The notes under the pieces: model-generated
Databases searched by the model: none
Seen by the model: only the letters and a program-made list of their open reading frames with translations
What the model was told of the DNA's origin: nothing
Translations under genes and position numbers: made by a program
NCBI GenBank assembly: GCA_964016885.1
Contig: OZ024743.1
Coordinates: 251,472,001 to 251,536,000 of the forward strand
Direction: 5' to 3'
DNA: 64,000 nt
DNA from: Eledone cirrhosa
Taxonomy: Eukaryota
In this document: in pieces, positions 38,425-51,177 of the stretch
Numbering within the stretch: the stretch's first letter is position 1
Layout: every line of letters starts with the position of its first letter

Positions 38425-38538
38425 AAAACAGATGTGAAATCATGATGATGATAATGATGATGATGATGATATATATATATATATATATATATATCATCAT
38501 CATCATTATTATCATCATCATGATTTCACATCTGTTTT
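38425..38538. repeat. Near-perfect palindrome centred on (TA)n
   Basis: AAAACAGATGTGAAATCATGATGATG...(TA)n...CATCATCATGATTTCACATCTGTTTT. Confidence 0.85.
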
Positions 38539-38793
38539 ACCTGTTAGCAAGTGTTAGATAAAACTTCACAGATCTAGTCAGTATTCAACCAGATGGTCTG
38601 GGGGCTCACATCTCACTCAATTATGAACTTGCATTCTACGGAGTGCATTTTATAGTGACACAAATCTTTTTAGAAATTTAATGGACAGGAAAACTTAAGT
38701 GTGCAAAGAGTTATGATGAAGAAAAGTACATAGTTCTACTGAAAACAAAAGGATTGTTCCTATGACTGGATACCCTTGTATATATATATATAT

Positions 38794-39665
38794 AAGATTT
38801 TTCCCTCAAAATGAAGGGCAGATTGTATGATGCATGTACACAAACAGTAATGTTGCATAGTAGTGAGACCTGGGCGCTGTGTGCAGATGATCTGCTCAGA
38901 TTGGAAAGAAATGAAGCCTCCATGCTTCGATGGATACATAATAGTAATATACATGAATGGCAAAGCATACATGAACTGTGAGAGAAACTGGGCATAAGAA
39001 GGATAAGATGCAGTATGAAAGAGAGGAGAATGTATTGGTGTGAACATGTGATGCATATAAAGGATGACAGCTATATAAAAAGGTGCAGGACATTCAAAGT
39101 TGATGCAGTTACAGTGTAGGATGACCTAGGAAGACTTAGGATGAGGTGATGAAAGCTGACCATGCATAAATGTACATCTTGAAGTTGATTACACCAAATC
39201 TATATCTCTGGCATTATGCAGTAATACTGAAGACCCGCCTACCCATGTGCACAGGTTAAAGCATACATCTTGTATGCACTACCTTCCACTTCCCCTTCCA
39301 TACATCTCTATGTCCTAATACTCCACATATGTCCTAAAAACCAACCCCTTATTCATGTCCCTACACTCCACTCTTCTCCAGATAAGTACCCCATCCCCTA
39401 GATTTATCTCACCAATCCCTATGTACCTCCCCTACTCAGCCCCCAGTTAACACTGTAAAGTGGTCATGTTGGTGTAACAACAAAAAACACCCAGTAAATA
39501 TGGTCGATGTTAGGAAGGACATATTGCCATAGAAACCAAGCCAGGAACAGTTCTGTATGAGCAAGACACTCTCATCTGATCTGGATGTCCCACAGCAGGA
39601 CAACTTGTCAAACCCATGCTAGCATGAAAAAATGGACATTAAATGGTGATGATGATGATGATGAA
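38794..39665 (+). mobile_element. Degenerate RTE 3' fragment (older subfamily C)
   Basis: MKGRLYDAC..SETWALCADDLLRLERNEASMLRW on the plus strand, with a longer 3' UTR and (GAT)n tail. Confidence 0.85.
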
Positions 39666-39882
39666 GATGACACGGAGAGAGAGAGGGAGAGAGAGAGAGA
39701 GGTGTGTTTACATCAGTCTATATATAGTCATCATCATTTTATGTCTGCTTTACATGATAGCATGGTGTGACAGCAAACTAAAAAGGTTGCCAAGTCCATG
39801 ATCAGATCATTTAGTATGCACACTATTACAATGACAATTCTTTCATCTTATCTATGTAAAAGAATGTTTCATATTTATTTCA

Positions 39883-40594
39883 TCTCCTTATAATATATAA
39901 CCAGCAATTTCTCTGTCTGTCTGTCCGGCAGTGGAAACACGTGCGCGCGTGGTTGCTATCTCTCTCTCCAGCTATCCCTCTCTTTTAGTCTGTCTGTTTC
40001 CCTCACTCTCACTCTTTCTCTTTGTAACACACTAATATTCCTCCCCTCTATCGCTGTGACGAATGGGGAGATGGAGGAGGAGAGAGTCACTTCGTCACTT
40101 CACTTCTACCTATCTTTCTCTCCCCTCTCACTCCCTCATTACGTACAGGCATTAGGGCGGTGGATTGGCAGAATCTGTAGAGAGTCGGACACCATGCTTC
40201 ATAGCATGGAGTTACGTCCCTTTACGGTCTGAGTTCAAATACCGCCGAGGTTAACTTTGCCTTTCATCCTCACGGGGTCGATAAAATAAAGTACCAGTAA
40301 TGTACTGGGTAATTGCTGGCCTTGTGCCAAAAGTAGAAACAATTATTAGAAACATTGCTTCATTTTTACATATCTAAGCATTAGTAAAATAACTAATAAT
40401 TTCAAAAGTAACTTTTCAATTCCAATTGTTATGAGCAGCAAAACATTAATAATAATTTTGTTCTAAGAAATATATATACATTTTTGTGTGTGTAATATAT
40501 ATATATACACACAGAAATATATATACATTTCTGTGTGTGTAATATATATATATATATATACACACGCAGAAATATATATACATTTCTGTGTGTG

Positions 40595-40657
<63 letters not shown>

Positions 40658-41208
40658 GAAATATATGGGCATTTCTCTGTTTGTCTGTCTGTCTGTCTGT
40701 CTGTCCTTCCCTAAAACTCAAATGTAGGTGCTACAGAAATATTACCTTCCCCTTCCTTTCTCCACTTTGGTACTACCAAGAGAAACACTGTCGCTATAGA
40801 AACATTACCTTCCCCTCTCCACTGACTTTGGTCACTGAGGCCGAGGGGATCTCTGGTTGCTATAGAGACACCTTGCACAAGCCAGAAGTAACCAGTTCGA
40901 GGCGGTTCTGACTTGACATCATGCCAAGGACCATTTGAAGATATATTTCCATCGTTATATCATAACGTTTATGTATCATAACGTTTATATTTCCGTCACT
41001 AATCTCTTTTTCTCCTTTTTCGTTTTAACATATATTTATTTCAAAGATTTCACCGTATAGATAACATATATTTATACATGCATAAAAGACACACCGAGAG
41101 ACGGTGAACATGTGGTGCCGAAAACATTTCTCATCCAAATCTCAACAATATCAGTATATACACTAGATTTGCTAGCAGAAAACCGCCCACCGGGTGATTT
41201 TCTGCTAG
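39883..41208 (+). mobile_element. Non-autonomous Helitron-like element A, copy 2 (contains a SINE and a palindromic minisatellite)
   Basis: A|TC start, CTGTCTGTCCG.CAGTGGAAACACGTGCG, blocks shared with 10707-11634, terminal hairpin and CTAG. Confidence 0.75.
40155..40348 (+). mobile_element. tRNA-derived SINE (main family)
   Basis: GGCGGTGGATTGGCAG..GAGTTCAAAT..GCCTTTCATCCT..GGCCTTGTGCCAAAAGTAGAAACAATTATT. Confidence 0.9.
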
Positions 41209-42034
41209 TCTATATATCTAAAACAGAGAATGTCTGTCTGTCTGTCCGCTCACTAAAACTCGAGAACCACCCAACCGATTGTTTTGAAACTTTACACATG
41301 TAATACTTATGGTCCTGTGAATGTTTTGAGAAAAGAACATTTCAAATTTTCAATGCCCTAGGGACTGCAAGAGGTGATTTAGCGATCTCTGTCTATAATT
41401 ATTAGTCTTTCTCTTTTTAGATAGATATAATGTTGCGCTCTTATAATATCTGTCTGTATGTCTGACTGTCTGCATTACGACATTATGACGCGGTGTGTGT
41501 ATATATATGTATATATAGTGTGTGTGTGTATATATATATAGTGTGTAACATTTTTCGAAATATTTACTTCTGCGTTCACAGTTTGATTTTTTTAGTTTCA
41601 GAAGATCCCGTTAAGGGTGAAAGCAGCGATTCTTTGCTTAAACTTTAATCTGTTATTTTAATATATATATATATATAATTATATATTCGTGTACAGATAT
41701 TTTTGCATACACAATAACAAAATATTAACAGAAGTATTTATTTTGCGATAAAGTATTGATATTCTTCGCTCGGAAAAAAACCCTGGTAATCTACGACAAA
41801 CTTTTTTTATAAGCACAAAATGTAGACACCATCCTGAGTCTGAGGTATTCTGTACTTCTCTGTACTGTTATATATATATATATAATTATATATTCGTGTA
41901 CAGATATTTTTGCATACACAATAACAAAATATAAACAAACGTATTTATTTCACGAGGCTCGATAAGGATAAATATATATCAAATATATAAGAACCCTAGA
42001 GCAAATCCCGAGCAACGCCGGGCCATTCTGCTAG
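41209..42034 (+). mobile_element. Non-autonomous Helitron-like element B, copy 2
   Basis: TC start. The first 270 bp or so are homologous to 11635-11930. 3' hairpin CCCG..CGGG then CTAG|T. Confidence 0.75.
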
Positions 42035-43346
42035 TTATTATTAAATTAGAAACCATCATTTTTTTTCAGTAGAATTATATAATTTTTGTCATCATAATTC
42101 TTTGTGCATTGCAGTTAGAGGACCTTACATTTTGTGTTGATCTGAGTTAAATAGATATCTCTCTGATAAAAGTCTCAAAACCTCTTCAGGGTACCTCGTA
42201 CATTTCATATTTATTTTTCTCTCTTCATTGGATTTTTAAAAAAAATTACCTATCACTAATAATTAATTTCTTGAGAAAATCCAAATCTATTGAAAAAAGA
42301 AAAATGTCTTTTTTTTAAATTAAAAGTAAGAAAAAATATATTAATTCAATTATTATTATTATTTGTCAATTTTTTTTTATCTACAAATCCCCAACAAAAC
42401 GCTATTTGTTTTAAAATCTACTTTTGATCTGTAAACTAAAATTTTTGTGTAATGATTAAAAGTTTTAACCTGTATGGGTATTTACTGTGAAAAAGACTTG
42501 CTGTGCTAACATGATTTAAAAGTTTTGCTTAAAAAACTTTTTTAGTATAAAAAGAAAAAAAAATGAATGTTAGTTTTGACATCAAAATCAATATATTTAA
42601 CAGTTTTGAAGAAAAAGATAATTGAAAAGAAATTATTTTAACTTAGAATTTCATCATTCTCAAAATCATCATCTACATTATCACTCCAATAAGTATGTGT
42701 GTATATATATAGCTTATATAATAAAACCTAAGATCATGTGATTTTTTTGTGAAGTGGTAATTTGAGAATGTGTATGTGCTGTGATATCTTCATCCCTACC
42801 TCCCTCTGTCTCACACACTGTTGACAAAACATATCCACACTCTGGTCAGTGGTGTGATAAAAGCTATCTATATCTACCTATATGTGTGTGTGTCTACACA
42901 TAATGAGAGATGTAATGACTAATGGCTATGCCCTAAATTATCTGTCTTTTTTTTTATAATAAAAATCATTTGTCTTTCTGATTCTCATTTTATCCATCTA
43001 CCTATTTATTTAGTTACCTATCTATCTATCGATATTTATCAATGTACATATCCTTGGGCAGAAGGAAAAAAACAGCAACAAAGCAGCAATCCCAATAGAT
43101 GTCTGAAAAGAGATAGATAGATACATAGATATAAACAAAGTTATCATAATTTAGTAGATATGTGTTTGATAATTATTAAAGAAAATATGGAAGAAATTTA
43201 ATGTAATTGATTTAAATGAATATAAAAATAAATAAGATAATAACTGGAGTGACCAGAGAGAGCTCAAGCACTTTTTACACAGAACATAATCAAATACTTA
43301 TTAAACTAATAGTTTTTACTATAAACCCCATCATTATTGACATGTA

Positions 43347-43537
43347 AGGTGGATTGGCAGTATCGGTAGAGGGTTGGACGCCATGCTTTGCAACATAGAG
43401 TTACGGACCTTTACAGTCGGAGTTCAAATCTCGTCGAGGTTAACTTTGCCTTTCATCCTTATGGGGTCAATAAAATAAAGCACCAGTAATGCACTGGGGT
43501 AATAGCTGGCCTTGTGCCAAAAGTAGAAGCAATTATT
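43347..43537 (+). mobile_element. tRNA-derived SINE (main family)
   Basis: Consensus match; TSD ATTATTGAC(A/T)TGTA. Confidence 0.9.
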
Positions 43538-43560
43538 GACTTGTACTATGCTTATATACA

Positions 43561-45046
43561 CATCATCATCATCATCATTGTTTAACATCTATCTTCCACG
43601 CTAGCATGGGTTTAGGCGGGAATTGTTCCACTTGAGGCAAGATTGGTCGTCTCGCTCGTATGAGACTGTCTGGCAGGTTTTCTACGGATGGATGCCCTTC
43701 CTAACACCAACCACGTTTTCAGTGTGGACTGGGAGGTTTTTACCGTGTTACCTACACGACCACATTACAGCGTGGACTGTGTGTTTTTTTTGTCGTGACA
43801 CCTACACGACCTCATTTATTTAGGACTGGCTGTTGTGGTACCAACATAACTTTACAGAGAAAGGGGTGGGGGAGTTGGTGTTGTGGGAGGGGCGTGTAAA
43901 TTTGATTAAGAGGTGCCTACTTGCCTTGTACTTAGGCAAGGTGGGTTTTCTATATTAGTGCGTTGCGCCAAAGATCTCGGTCCAGTGACATTGTCTTGGA
44001 GAGGTGTAAGTATGTAAGGTATAATTTATCAAATCGTCCCAGGGTTTTCTGGGTCTGCCTACTCCGTAACTTCCATCAATTTTGATCGCCCTGCACTTTT
44101 TATACAGATGTCGTCTTTCATGCGCATCACGTGACCATACCAACGTAGTCTTCTCTCGAGTAAACATCATCTGATCCCTCTTATACCTAATTTCTCACTT
44201 AGTTCATTTATGCTTTGCCGTTCATGTATATTACTATTACACATCCAGCAGAGCATGCATGCTCCATTCCTCTCCAGTCTGTGCAGATCCTCTGCACACC
44301 ATGCCCATGTCTCACTGCCATGTAACATAGATGTCCATATGCAGGCATCATACAGTCTACCTTTCCTTTTTAGAGAGAAACCTTTAGCGGCCAATAGTCG
44401 TATAAGCTCTCTGAACTTTTTCCATCCCGTTTTGACTCTGGCTACTGTACTTTCTGAGCACCCTCCACCACTGCTGATTTTGTCACCCAGGTAACGGAAG
44501 GTGTCCACTATTTCTATAGAGCCATCTGGGCAATAGAAGGAGCTAGTATTCTGTGGGTGCTTGCTAATTATTGCACCTGAGTACCGGCCACATATAAAAT
44601 CTACGTTCTTAGATAGCTTACCTGAGATCCCACTACATCTTTTATGCACCCATACTTTGCATTTGGGACATAAAATGGAATTTCTGCCTACTCCTTTCCT
44701 ACACACTGAGCATGGCCATTTCCCAGAAGGGACCTGTGCCCTATTTTCCTTCCTACATACTAGAACTTTAGTCTTAGACAAATTAACTTTAAGGCCTTTT
44801 GATTCTAGGCCATGCTTCCATTTATGGAATTTCTCCTCTAGTTCAGCCATCGATTCAGCTATGAGCGTTAAATCGTCTGCATAGAGGAGTTCCCATGGGC
44901 AGCCGGTCTTGAACTCCTCTGTTATGGCCTGAAGGGCAATAATAAATAGGAGGGGGCTAAGGACAGAGCCCTGATGGACACCAACTTTTACGCTAAATTC
45001 TTCACTATATTCATTGTTAATTCTAACCTTGCTGACTGTTTCTTTA
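43561..45046 (-). mobile_element. 5'-truncated RTE LINE, subfamily B-like
   Basis: ORF 44167-45168 (the N-terminal part is microsatellite) with YADD and PHD-like finger; 5' end in (TA)n. Confidence 0.93.
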
Positions 45047-45265
45047 TATATATATATATATAAGTATGTATACGTACATACACATATGTATACAGATGCA
45101 CAGTAGTATGTATATATATATACATACATGCACACATATATATATACACGTATGGATTCACCAAACATTTATTATAATGCTCGGTGTGTTTGTAAACAAA
45201 CATCCCGTATTAAGCCGTAGTGTCCAGCAACCACCGTTGCTCATTTGTTCAACACTCACAAAGGA

Positions 45266-45308
45266 ACGCTGTACTAGTTTCAAGCTTGTTAGCTATCGTC
45301 AGCAACGT
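45266..45308 (-). ncRNA. Minimal type I hammerhead ribozyme motif
   Basis: ACGUUG-CUGACGA-UAGC/UAACAA/GCUU-GAAA-CUAG-UA-CAGCGU; GUA cleavage triplet, palindromic stem III ACUAGU. Confidence 0.8.
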
Positions 45309-45643
45309 ATACCTTCCTGCCAGATAGTTGAACGTCTGAAAGTATATACTTTCCTTATGCATATTAATGGCTGAGTAGCCCAATTTGCATATCGAGTGGG
45401 TTAATCGGCCGGGTGCACCGAAAACGATAAACGGAAAAAATGAAACGAAATTTCATTTCCCACTCTTAGTACGGCTGTTACTTAAATATAAGTATGTACA
45501 TGCACATACACATATGTATACAGCCGTACTAAGAGTGGGAAATTAAATTTCGTTTCATTTTTTTCCGTATATATATATATCTATATATATATATATATAT
45601 TAATTCATAATATTAATAAATATAGACATTCATGTAATCAAAT

Positions 45644-45710
45644 ATATTTTATTATATATATTTCAGAGGTACTGTGCTGTCCCTCAGTACGTCCTCATCA
45701 GATAAAATAT
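45644..45710 (-). ncRNA. Type I hammerhead ribozyme motif
   Basis: AUAUUUUAU-CUGAUGA-GGAC[GUACUG..CAGUAC]CUCU-GAAA-UAUAUA-UA-AUAAAAUAU; 9-bp stem I. Confidence 0.82.
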
Positions 45711-45891
45711 ATAAATTGATGTATGACATACCTCAACTGTGCTGATGGTTCAATTCCAGTCTTATATATATAGAGAGAGAGAGAATTAGTATATTTACCA
45801 ACATATGCGTACAGATGTACACTAATGCTAGCAAATACATAAGTTATATCATAGTACCTAGGTGGTTCAATGCAGGAGGATGCAGAACAAT

Positions 45892-45991
45892 TATATGAAA
45901 GACGTAAAATAAGAAAATTTTAAAAATTAAAAATTAAAAATTTTAGTAAGTAAGTTAATTTTTAATTTTTAAAATTTTCTTATTTTACGTC

Positions 45992-46000
<9 letters not shown>
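45892..46000. repeat. Perfect 46-bp inverted repeat with a 17-nt spacer
   Basis: 45892-45937 is the exact reverse complement of 45955-46000. Confidence 0.9.
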
Positions 46001-46063
<63 letters not shown>

Positions 46064-46457
46064 CAATTGATGATATAATCATATAATCCACTGCCTTTGT
46101 GTAAGCAGATATAAAACACTCTACGATTTGTATTCCTTAGGATTTTCTCAGTAATATATCAACCAGAGTTTCAATATTATGAATAAGAGAGACGGTTTTA
46201 TTCATGTGTGTGTGTAGGTGTGTAGTGTAAAATGTTGAAAGATCAAATGGGTAAAGTTATGCCAGCAATTTTCAAGCTGAATGTGATTTCAACAATCAAT
46301 AGTTAGAAGGAATCTGTTCATCCAAATTGTAATCCTTACGGAATCAGGAATTAAACTTTGGGTAAAAACAATCCAGGGCTTTGTACAAATGGAATTGTGC
46401 AGAACATTTAAATAATAAATACACCAGAATGATGAAGAAATTTAATGCATTTTATTT

Positions 46458-46606
46458 GTCTTACATATGTTTCTGCATGAAATGCAGGAATGTTGTTTAA
46501 GAGGTATTTCATATATATAGAAATGGATCTATAGATTACAATTTGTGCATTAAATATTAATGTACCTTAACATCTAATTTCACATCACTCTGGTATCTTC
46601 AGAGAC
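46458..46606 (-). ncRNA. Hammerhead motif with a 122-nt stem II region
   Basis: GUCU-CUGAAGA-[122 nt]-GAAA-CAUAUG-UA-AGAC; palindromic stem III, but stem I is only 4 bp. Confidence 0.55.
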
Positions 46607-47284
46607 TTCATATACTATAAAGATGTAGGAGTAGGAAATAAAATGAAAAAAAAAACATCCGAGCATCACAACAACAGTATGATTTACACATACACATATA
46701 GGTAACTAGGTAACAAAGAGACAAATAGAACAAAGGAATTATAATGGAAGGCGGAACAGAAAACTGAACAGCATGTGAATTGAAAAAAAATACAAGGTAA
46801 ACAAAAGTTGAAATAAGATGTGGTGGACAAAGTATATGCACAAAATTATATATATCTTTTTCTGTGTCTTGTAACCTTGTAACTCCTGGTGGAGTTGTAG
46901 GGACACTGTAGTGACATATGGTCTTCCTTCGGCATTTTAAACCTGACAGAGCCCATCTCCTCTTCAGGATATATAGATATATATACATACACACACATAC
47001 ACACACAACCTGACCAATACTATTATCAGATTGCTACTTCAATTGTTGTAATTAACTATTCAGAAAATCTAACTGAAATCAAAGAGCTGCATCAAACAGA
47101 CCATAAAGTCATTGCTCATTAATGGCTGTAAAACATCACATTACAAGGAGAGAAACATCTGTAATGACTCTTGTCACTTGTAACACAACACATTCTAAAA
47201 ATCTTTAAATATACACAATTATTTTGCTAATTGCCACTAGGAAGAAAGAAATCATTGGAAATTTCAGATTCACTGTTTTACATT

Positions 47285-47950
47285 CAACCCTTTTCATATA
47301 AAGAAACCTGAAGGTATCCTTGGTTCTATGATATTAAATTATTTATAATTATATAAAAACCATCCATCATAATTTTATGTAAGAGCTTTTGTCGTGTTCA
47401 AAACAACAGTGTAACCCTTTTGATACCAAATCATTTGAAACAAATCCTGTTTATTTTAAACTGTTTATATTTCTATAAAAACTTTCAATCATAATTTTAT
47501 GTAAGCGCATTTGTTTGGAACGTTTCTGAAAATCTCAAACTTTTTTAGATAAATATAAACACATTAACCATTTCATTGCCACATTTCTAATGGAAGACTG
47601 CATTTGATTTTCAAATAATTTTGAAAATAATCAAGAATTTAGAAGGGTTTAGTGATAAAACTATTTTTCTGATTATTAAATTAGGTTTTGAAACATAACA
47701 TAAAGGTTCTTACAGAAAATCATGATTTAACATTTTAAATAGATATAAACACTTAAAAACAAACAGTTTTGTATTACATAACCACAGGTAGTTTCAGATA
47801 GTTTCGTCTCAAAAGGGTTAGGCTAATGTTTAGAACATAACTTGGAGGTTCTTACAGGAAAATATGATGGAACACTTTAAATAAATATAAACAGTTTTGT
47901 ATTATGGAACTAAAGGCAGTTTCAGATGGTTTCGTCTCAAAAAGGTTAAT
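47285..47950. mobile_element. Cluster of piggyBac-like MITE remnants (tentative)
   Basis: Repeated (T)AACCCTTTT left ends (47286, 47413) and GTCTCAAAAGGGTTA/AAAAGGTTAA right ends (47806, 47934), with a duplication of about 130 bp. Confidence 0.4.
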
Positions 47951-48594
47951 TTCAAAAATATATAAATAAATAAAACATAAAGGGAAATAACTGTTTTCAT
48001 ATCATTTAGTAATAAAAACAGATGTTTATAGGAAACATAAAACTATGATTTTTTTTACTTGTGTAATAAAAGCAGTTGTAAATACATGAAATTTATTAGC
48101 TAAAATATTAAATGAAGATCAAATAGCAGTGAGAAATGGATGTATTGAAAGAGGGTAATAAAACCGAATTATTGGAATGTAATTTAAATTACTATACCCT
48201 TTCATCACCGTATTCATAGCTACTTGAGAATATGATTTTTATTCACACTAACCTAATCATCTAGCAAGGTATGTAAAAAAAACTTCTCATAAAATATCAG
48301 TGACTTTTATGATATATTCAAGGGATTAGTTACATTGAAAGAAATTGACATGAAAAAGCAAAATTTAAAGCAAACAAATTTTTTTCAGAACCAATAAGTT
48401 ATCCCTTCTCCTCCTTCTCTTCCCTTCTCCCCCCTCTCTCTCTCCCTCTCTCTCCTCTCTCTCCCTCCTCCTCTCTCTCTCCTCCTCCTCTCACTGCTCC
48501 AATAAATACAAACAAAAAGTTGAATAATTAAGAAAGAAAAATCATACACACCATCAAAATTTTCCAGGATGTGTGTATATATATATATATATAT

Positions 48595-48768
48595 TTCATT
48601 CATTTCATTTCATTTCATTTTACGTCCGATTTTTCCCTGCTTGCAAGGGTGGGACGGGAACTGATGCTGGCTTGATTTCTACAGCTGGATGCCCTTCCTA
48701 ACACCAACCTCATTAACAGTGAGTGCTGGTTACTTTTTTGCCGTGGCACCTCCACGACCACTTTGCAG
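48595..48768 (-). mobile_element. 3' part of a SINE with (TGAAA)n tail and RTE-like 3' box
   Basis: Near-identical to 56510-56670. Confidence 0.75.
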
Positions 48769-48782
48769 TATATATATATATA

Positions 48783-49541
48783 AGGCTTTTCCCTTAAAAT
48801 GAAAGGCAGACTGTATGATGCATGTATACGAACGACAATGTTACATGGTAGTGAGACCTGGGCGCTGTCTGTGGAAGACTTGCGTAGATTAGAAAGAACC
48901 GAAGCCTGCATGCTCCGATGGATGTGTAATAGTAATATACGTGAACGGCAAAGCATAAATGAATTGAGAGAGAGACTGAGCATAAGAGGAATCAAATGCT
49001 GTGTGCAGGAGAGGAGGTTGCATTGGTATGGACATGTGATGCGTATGAAGGATGACAGCTGCATAAAAAGGTGCAGAGCACTAAAAGTCGATGGAAACCG
49101 TGGAGTGGGGAGACCCAAGAAGACCTGGGATGAGGTGATAAAAGCCGACCTTACTCAATTACACCTCTCAAAGGCGATGATGACATACGACCGTCATGCA
49201 GTAATATAGAAGACCCGACTTCCTATGGGTACAAGCCGAAGCTGAAGCATATAGACAATATGTCCCACGCCCTGCCACTGCAAAGTGGTCATGGAGGTGG
49301 CACGGCAAAAAAGCACCGAGCCCACACTGTAAAGTGGTCATGTAGGCACCACGGAAAAAAGCACCCAGCACTCACTGTAAATGAGGTTGGTGTTAGGAAG
49401 GGCATCCAGCTGTAGAAATCAAGCCAGAATCAGTTCCCGTATGAGCAAAGCATGGTCAGCCGACCAGACATTGCCCACAACAGGATAACCTGTCTAACCC
49501 ATGCTAGCGTGGGAGAACGGATGTAAAATGGTGATGATGAT
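48783..49541 (+). mobile_element. 5'-truncated RTE LINE, subfamily A, plus strand
   Basis: ORF 48799-49209, 3' UTR and (GAT)n tail; TA repeats at both ends. Confidence 0.93.
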
Positions 49542-49554
49542 ATATATATATATA

Positions 49555-51105
49555 TTATCATTTAATGTCTGTCTTTCTCTGCTTGAGAGGGTTAGACAGG
49601 TCTTTTCTATCACAGCATCATGTATCATCTCCTCTGTGAGATTCAGCGATTTGTAATCAGATCTCACTACCTCTGCCTAGTCTTTTCTTGGTCTTCCTCC
49701 ACTGGGATTCCTTGGCACTTTGTCCCCCAGTGATTATCATCCTTGTGCATTACGTAGCTATATCTACACAGTTTTATCTCTTGTTCCTTACATCTGATTC
49801 TTCTTATACACAGTTTTTCTCTCAGTTCCTCCATGCTTCATCATTCACACTCATTAAAATTGCATGTCCATTGAAGCATGCTCACTTCATTTCTTTCCAG
49901 CCTTCATATATTCTTTGCATTCACTGTCTCTCTACCATGCAGCATTGCATATCAAACATAGGCATCACACAGCTCACCATACATTCATAGAGAGAAGCAG
50001 TTTATTGTCACCAGAGGTATTAGCTCATTGAACGTTTTCCATCCTGTTCTTATTATAGATGCTATATTCTCAGAACACTCCTCTACAGCTAATAAGATCA
50101 CCTAGGTAGCTGAAGCTATCGACCACTTTTTTGGATTCTTTCTGGGATTGGAAGAAGCTTATTTCATTGATTCTCTTACTACTGACTATCCCTGTATATC
50201 TACTGTGTACAAAGTCTGCTTTTCCTGTTAGTCTATATCCAAGATTTACATTGTGTACACTCTGTAGTTTCTACCCACTCCTATTCTACATATTGAACAA
50301 AACCACTTCCCTGATAAAATGAGATCCCTGTCATTTCTCCTACTTACTAAATCTTTGATCTTTGCCAAGTTATTGTGAGCCTTTTTGCTTCTAAGTTTTG
50401 TTTACACAGCCAGAATTTTGTTCTAGTTCTTGCACAGATTCAGCTATAAGAACCATGGACTGGCTGTCTTAAACTCTTCTGTTATGTCCTGTGTCTTGAA
50501 TTTCTCACTAAACTCCTTTGCTATTCTCATTTTACTCGCTGCTTCTCTGTACATGGCTGACACTACTTTCACATGCCATTCTTCTTGTTTCCTTAAGGAC
50601 CACTGGATGACAGATTGAGATACTCTGTCAAAACCTTCTCTAAGTCAACAAAAGCTAAAACATAAAGGCTTACTCTTAGCTAGCTACTTTTCTTGTAGTT
50701 GCTACACTAAGAAGAAGATATCTGTGGTGCTCCTACCTTACAGAATCAACCTGCATCACATCTAATTTTACTCTTTCTCTAGTTAGTTGTGCTAGAACAT
50801 TTTCTGTCACTTTCTTAATTTGCTCCACCAGTTTTATGCCCTGTCACTGTTCCATTCTATTGCATCACCTTTTACCTTGTAAGAAATAATGGGTATACTA
50901 CTAGCCAGTCATTATAATCCTGTCCTGTATTATTTGATTGAATATGCTGGTAATAGTTCGACCTATCCCTCCAGAATTGTCAGCATCTAAGAGACTATTT
51001 CTGATAGACCAAAGGCTTTATCAGTTTTCATTTTTTTGATTGATTTTTTAACCTTAAAACTGACAGCTTTGATAACTGGTCCTTCTGTTGGGTCAACTGG
51101 AAGGT
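49555..51105 (-). mobile_element. Old, highly degenerate RTE LINE (subfamily D-like)
   Basis: Colinear decayed matches to RTE RT (e.g. ACTCTGTCAAAACCTTCTCTAAGTCAACAAAAGCTA, the LAFVDLEK.FDRV region). Confidence 0.8.
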
Positions 51106-51177
51106 ATATATATATACGTATATATGTATGTATATGTATATATGTATGTATATACATATGTGTGTATATATATATAT

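Noticed and set aside
46850-46975. Minus-strand TATATC-CTGAAGA...GAAA-AA-GATATA
   Set aside because: No stem III or UH cleavage site between GAAA and the putative stem I.
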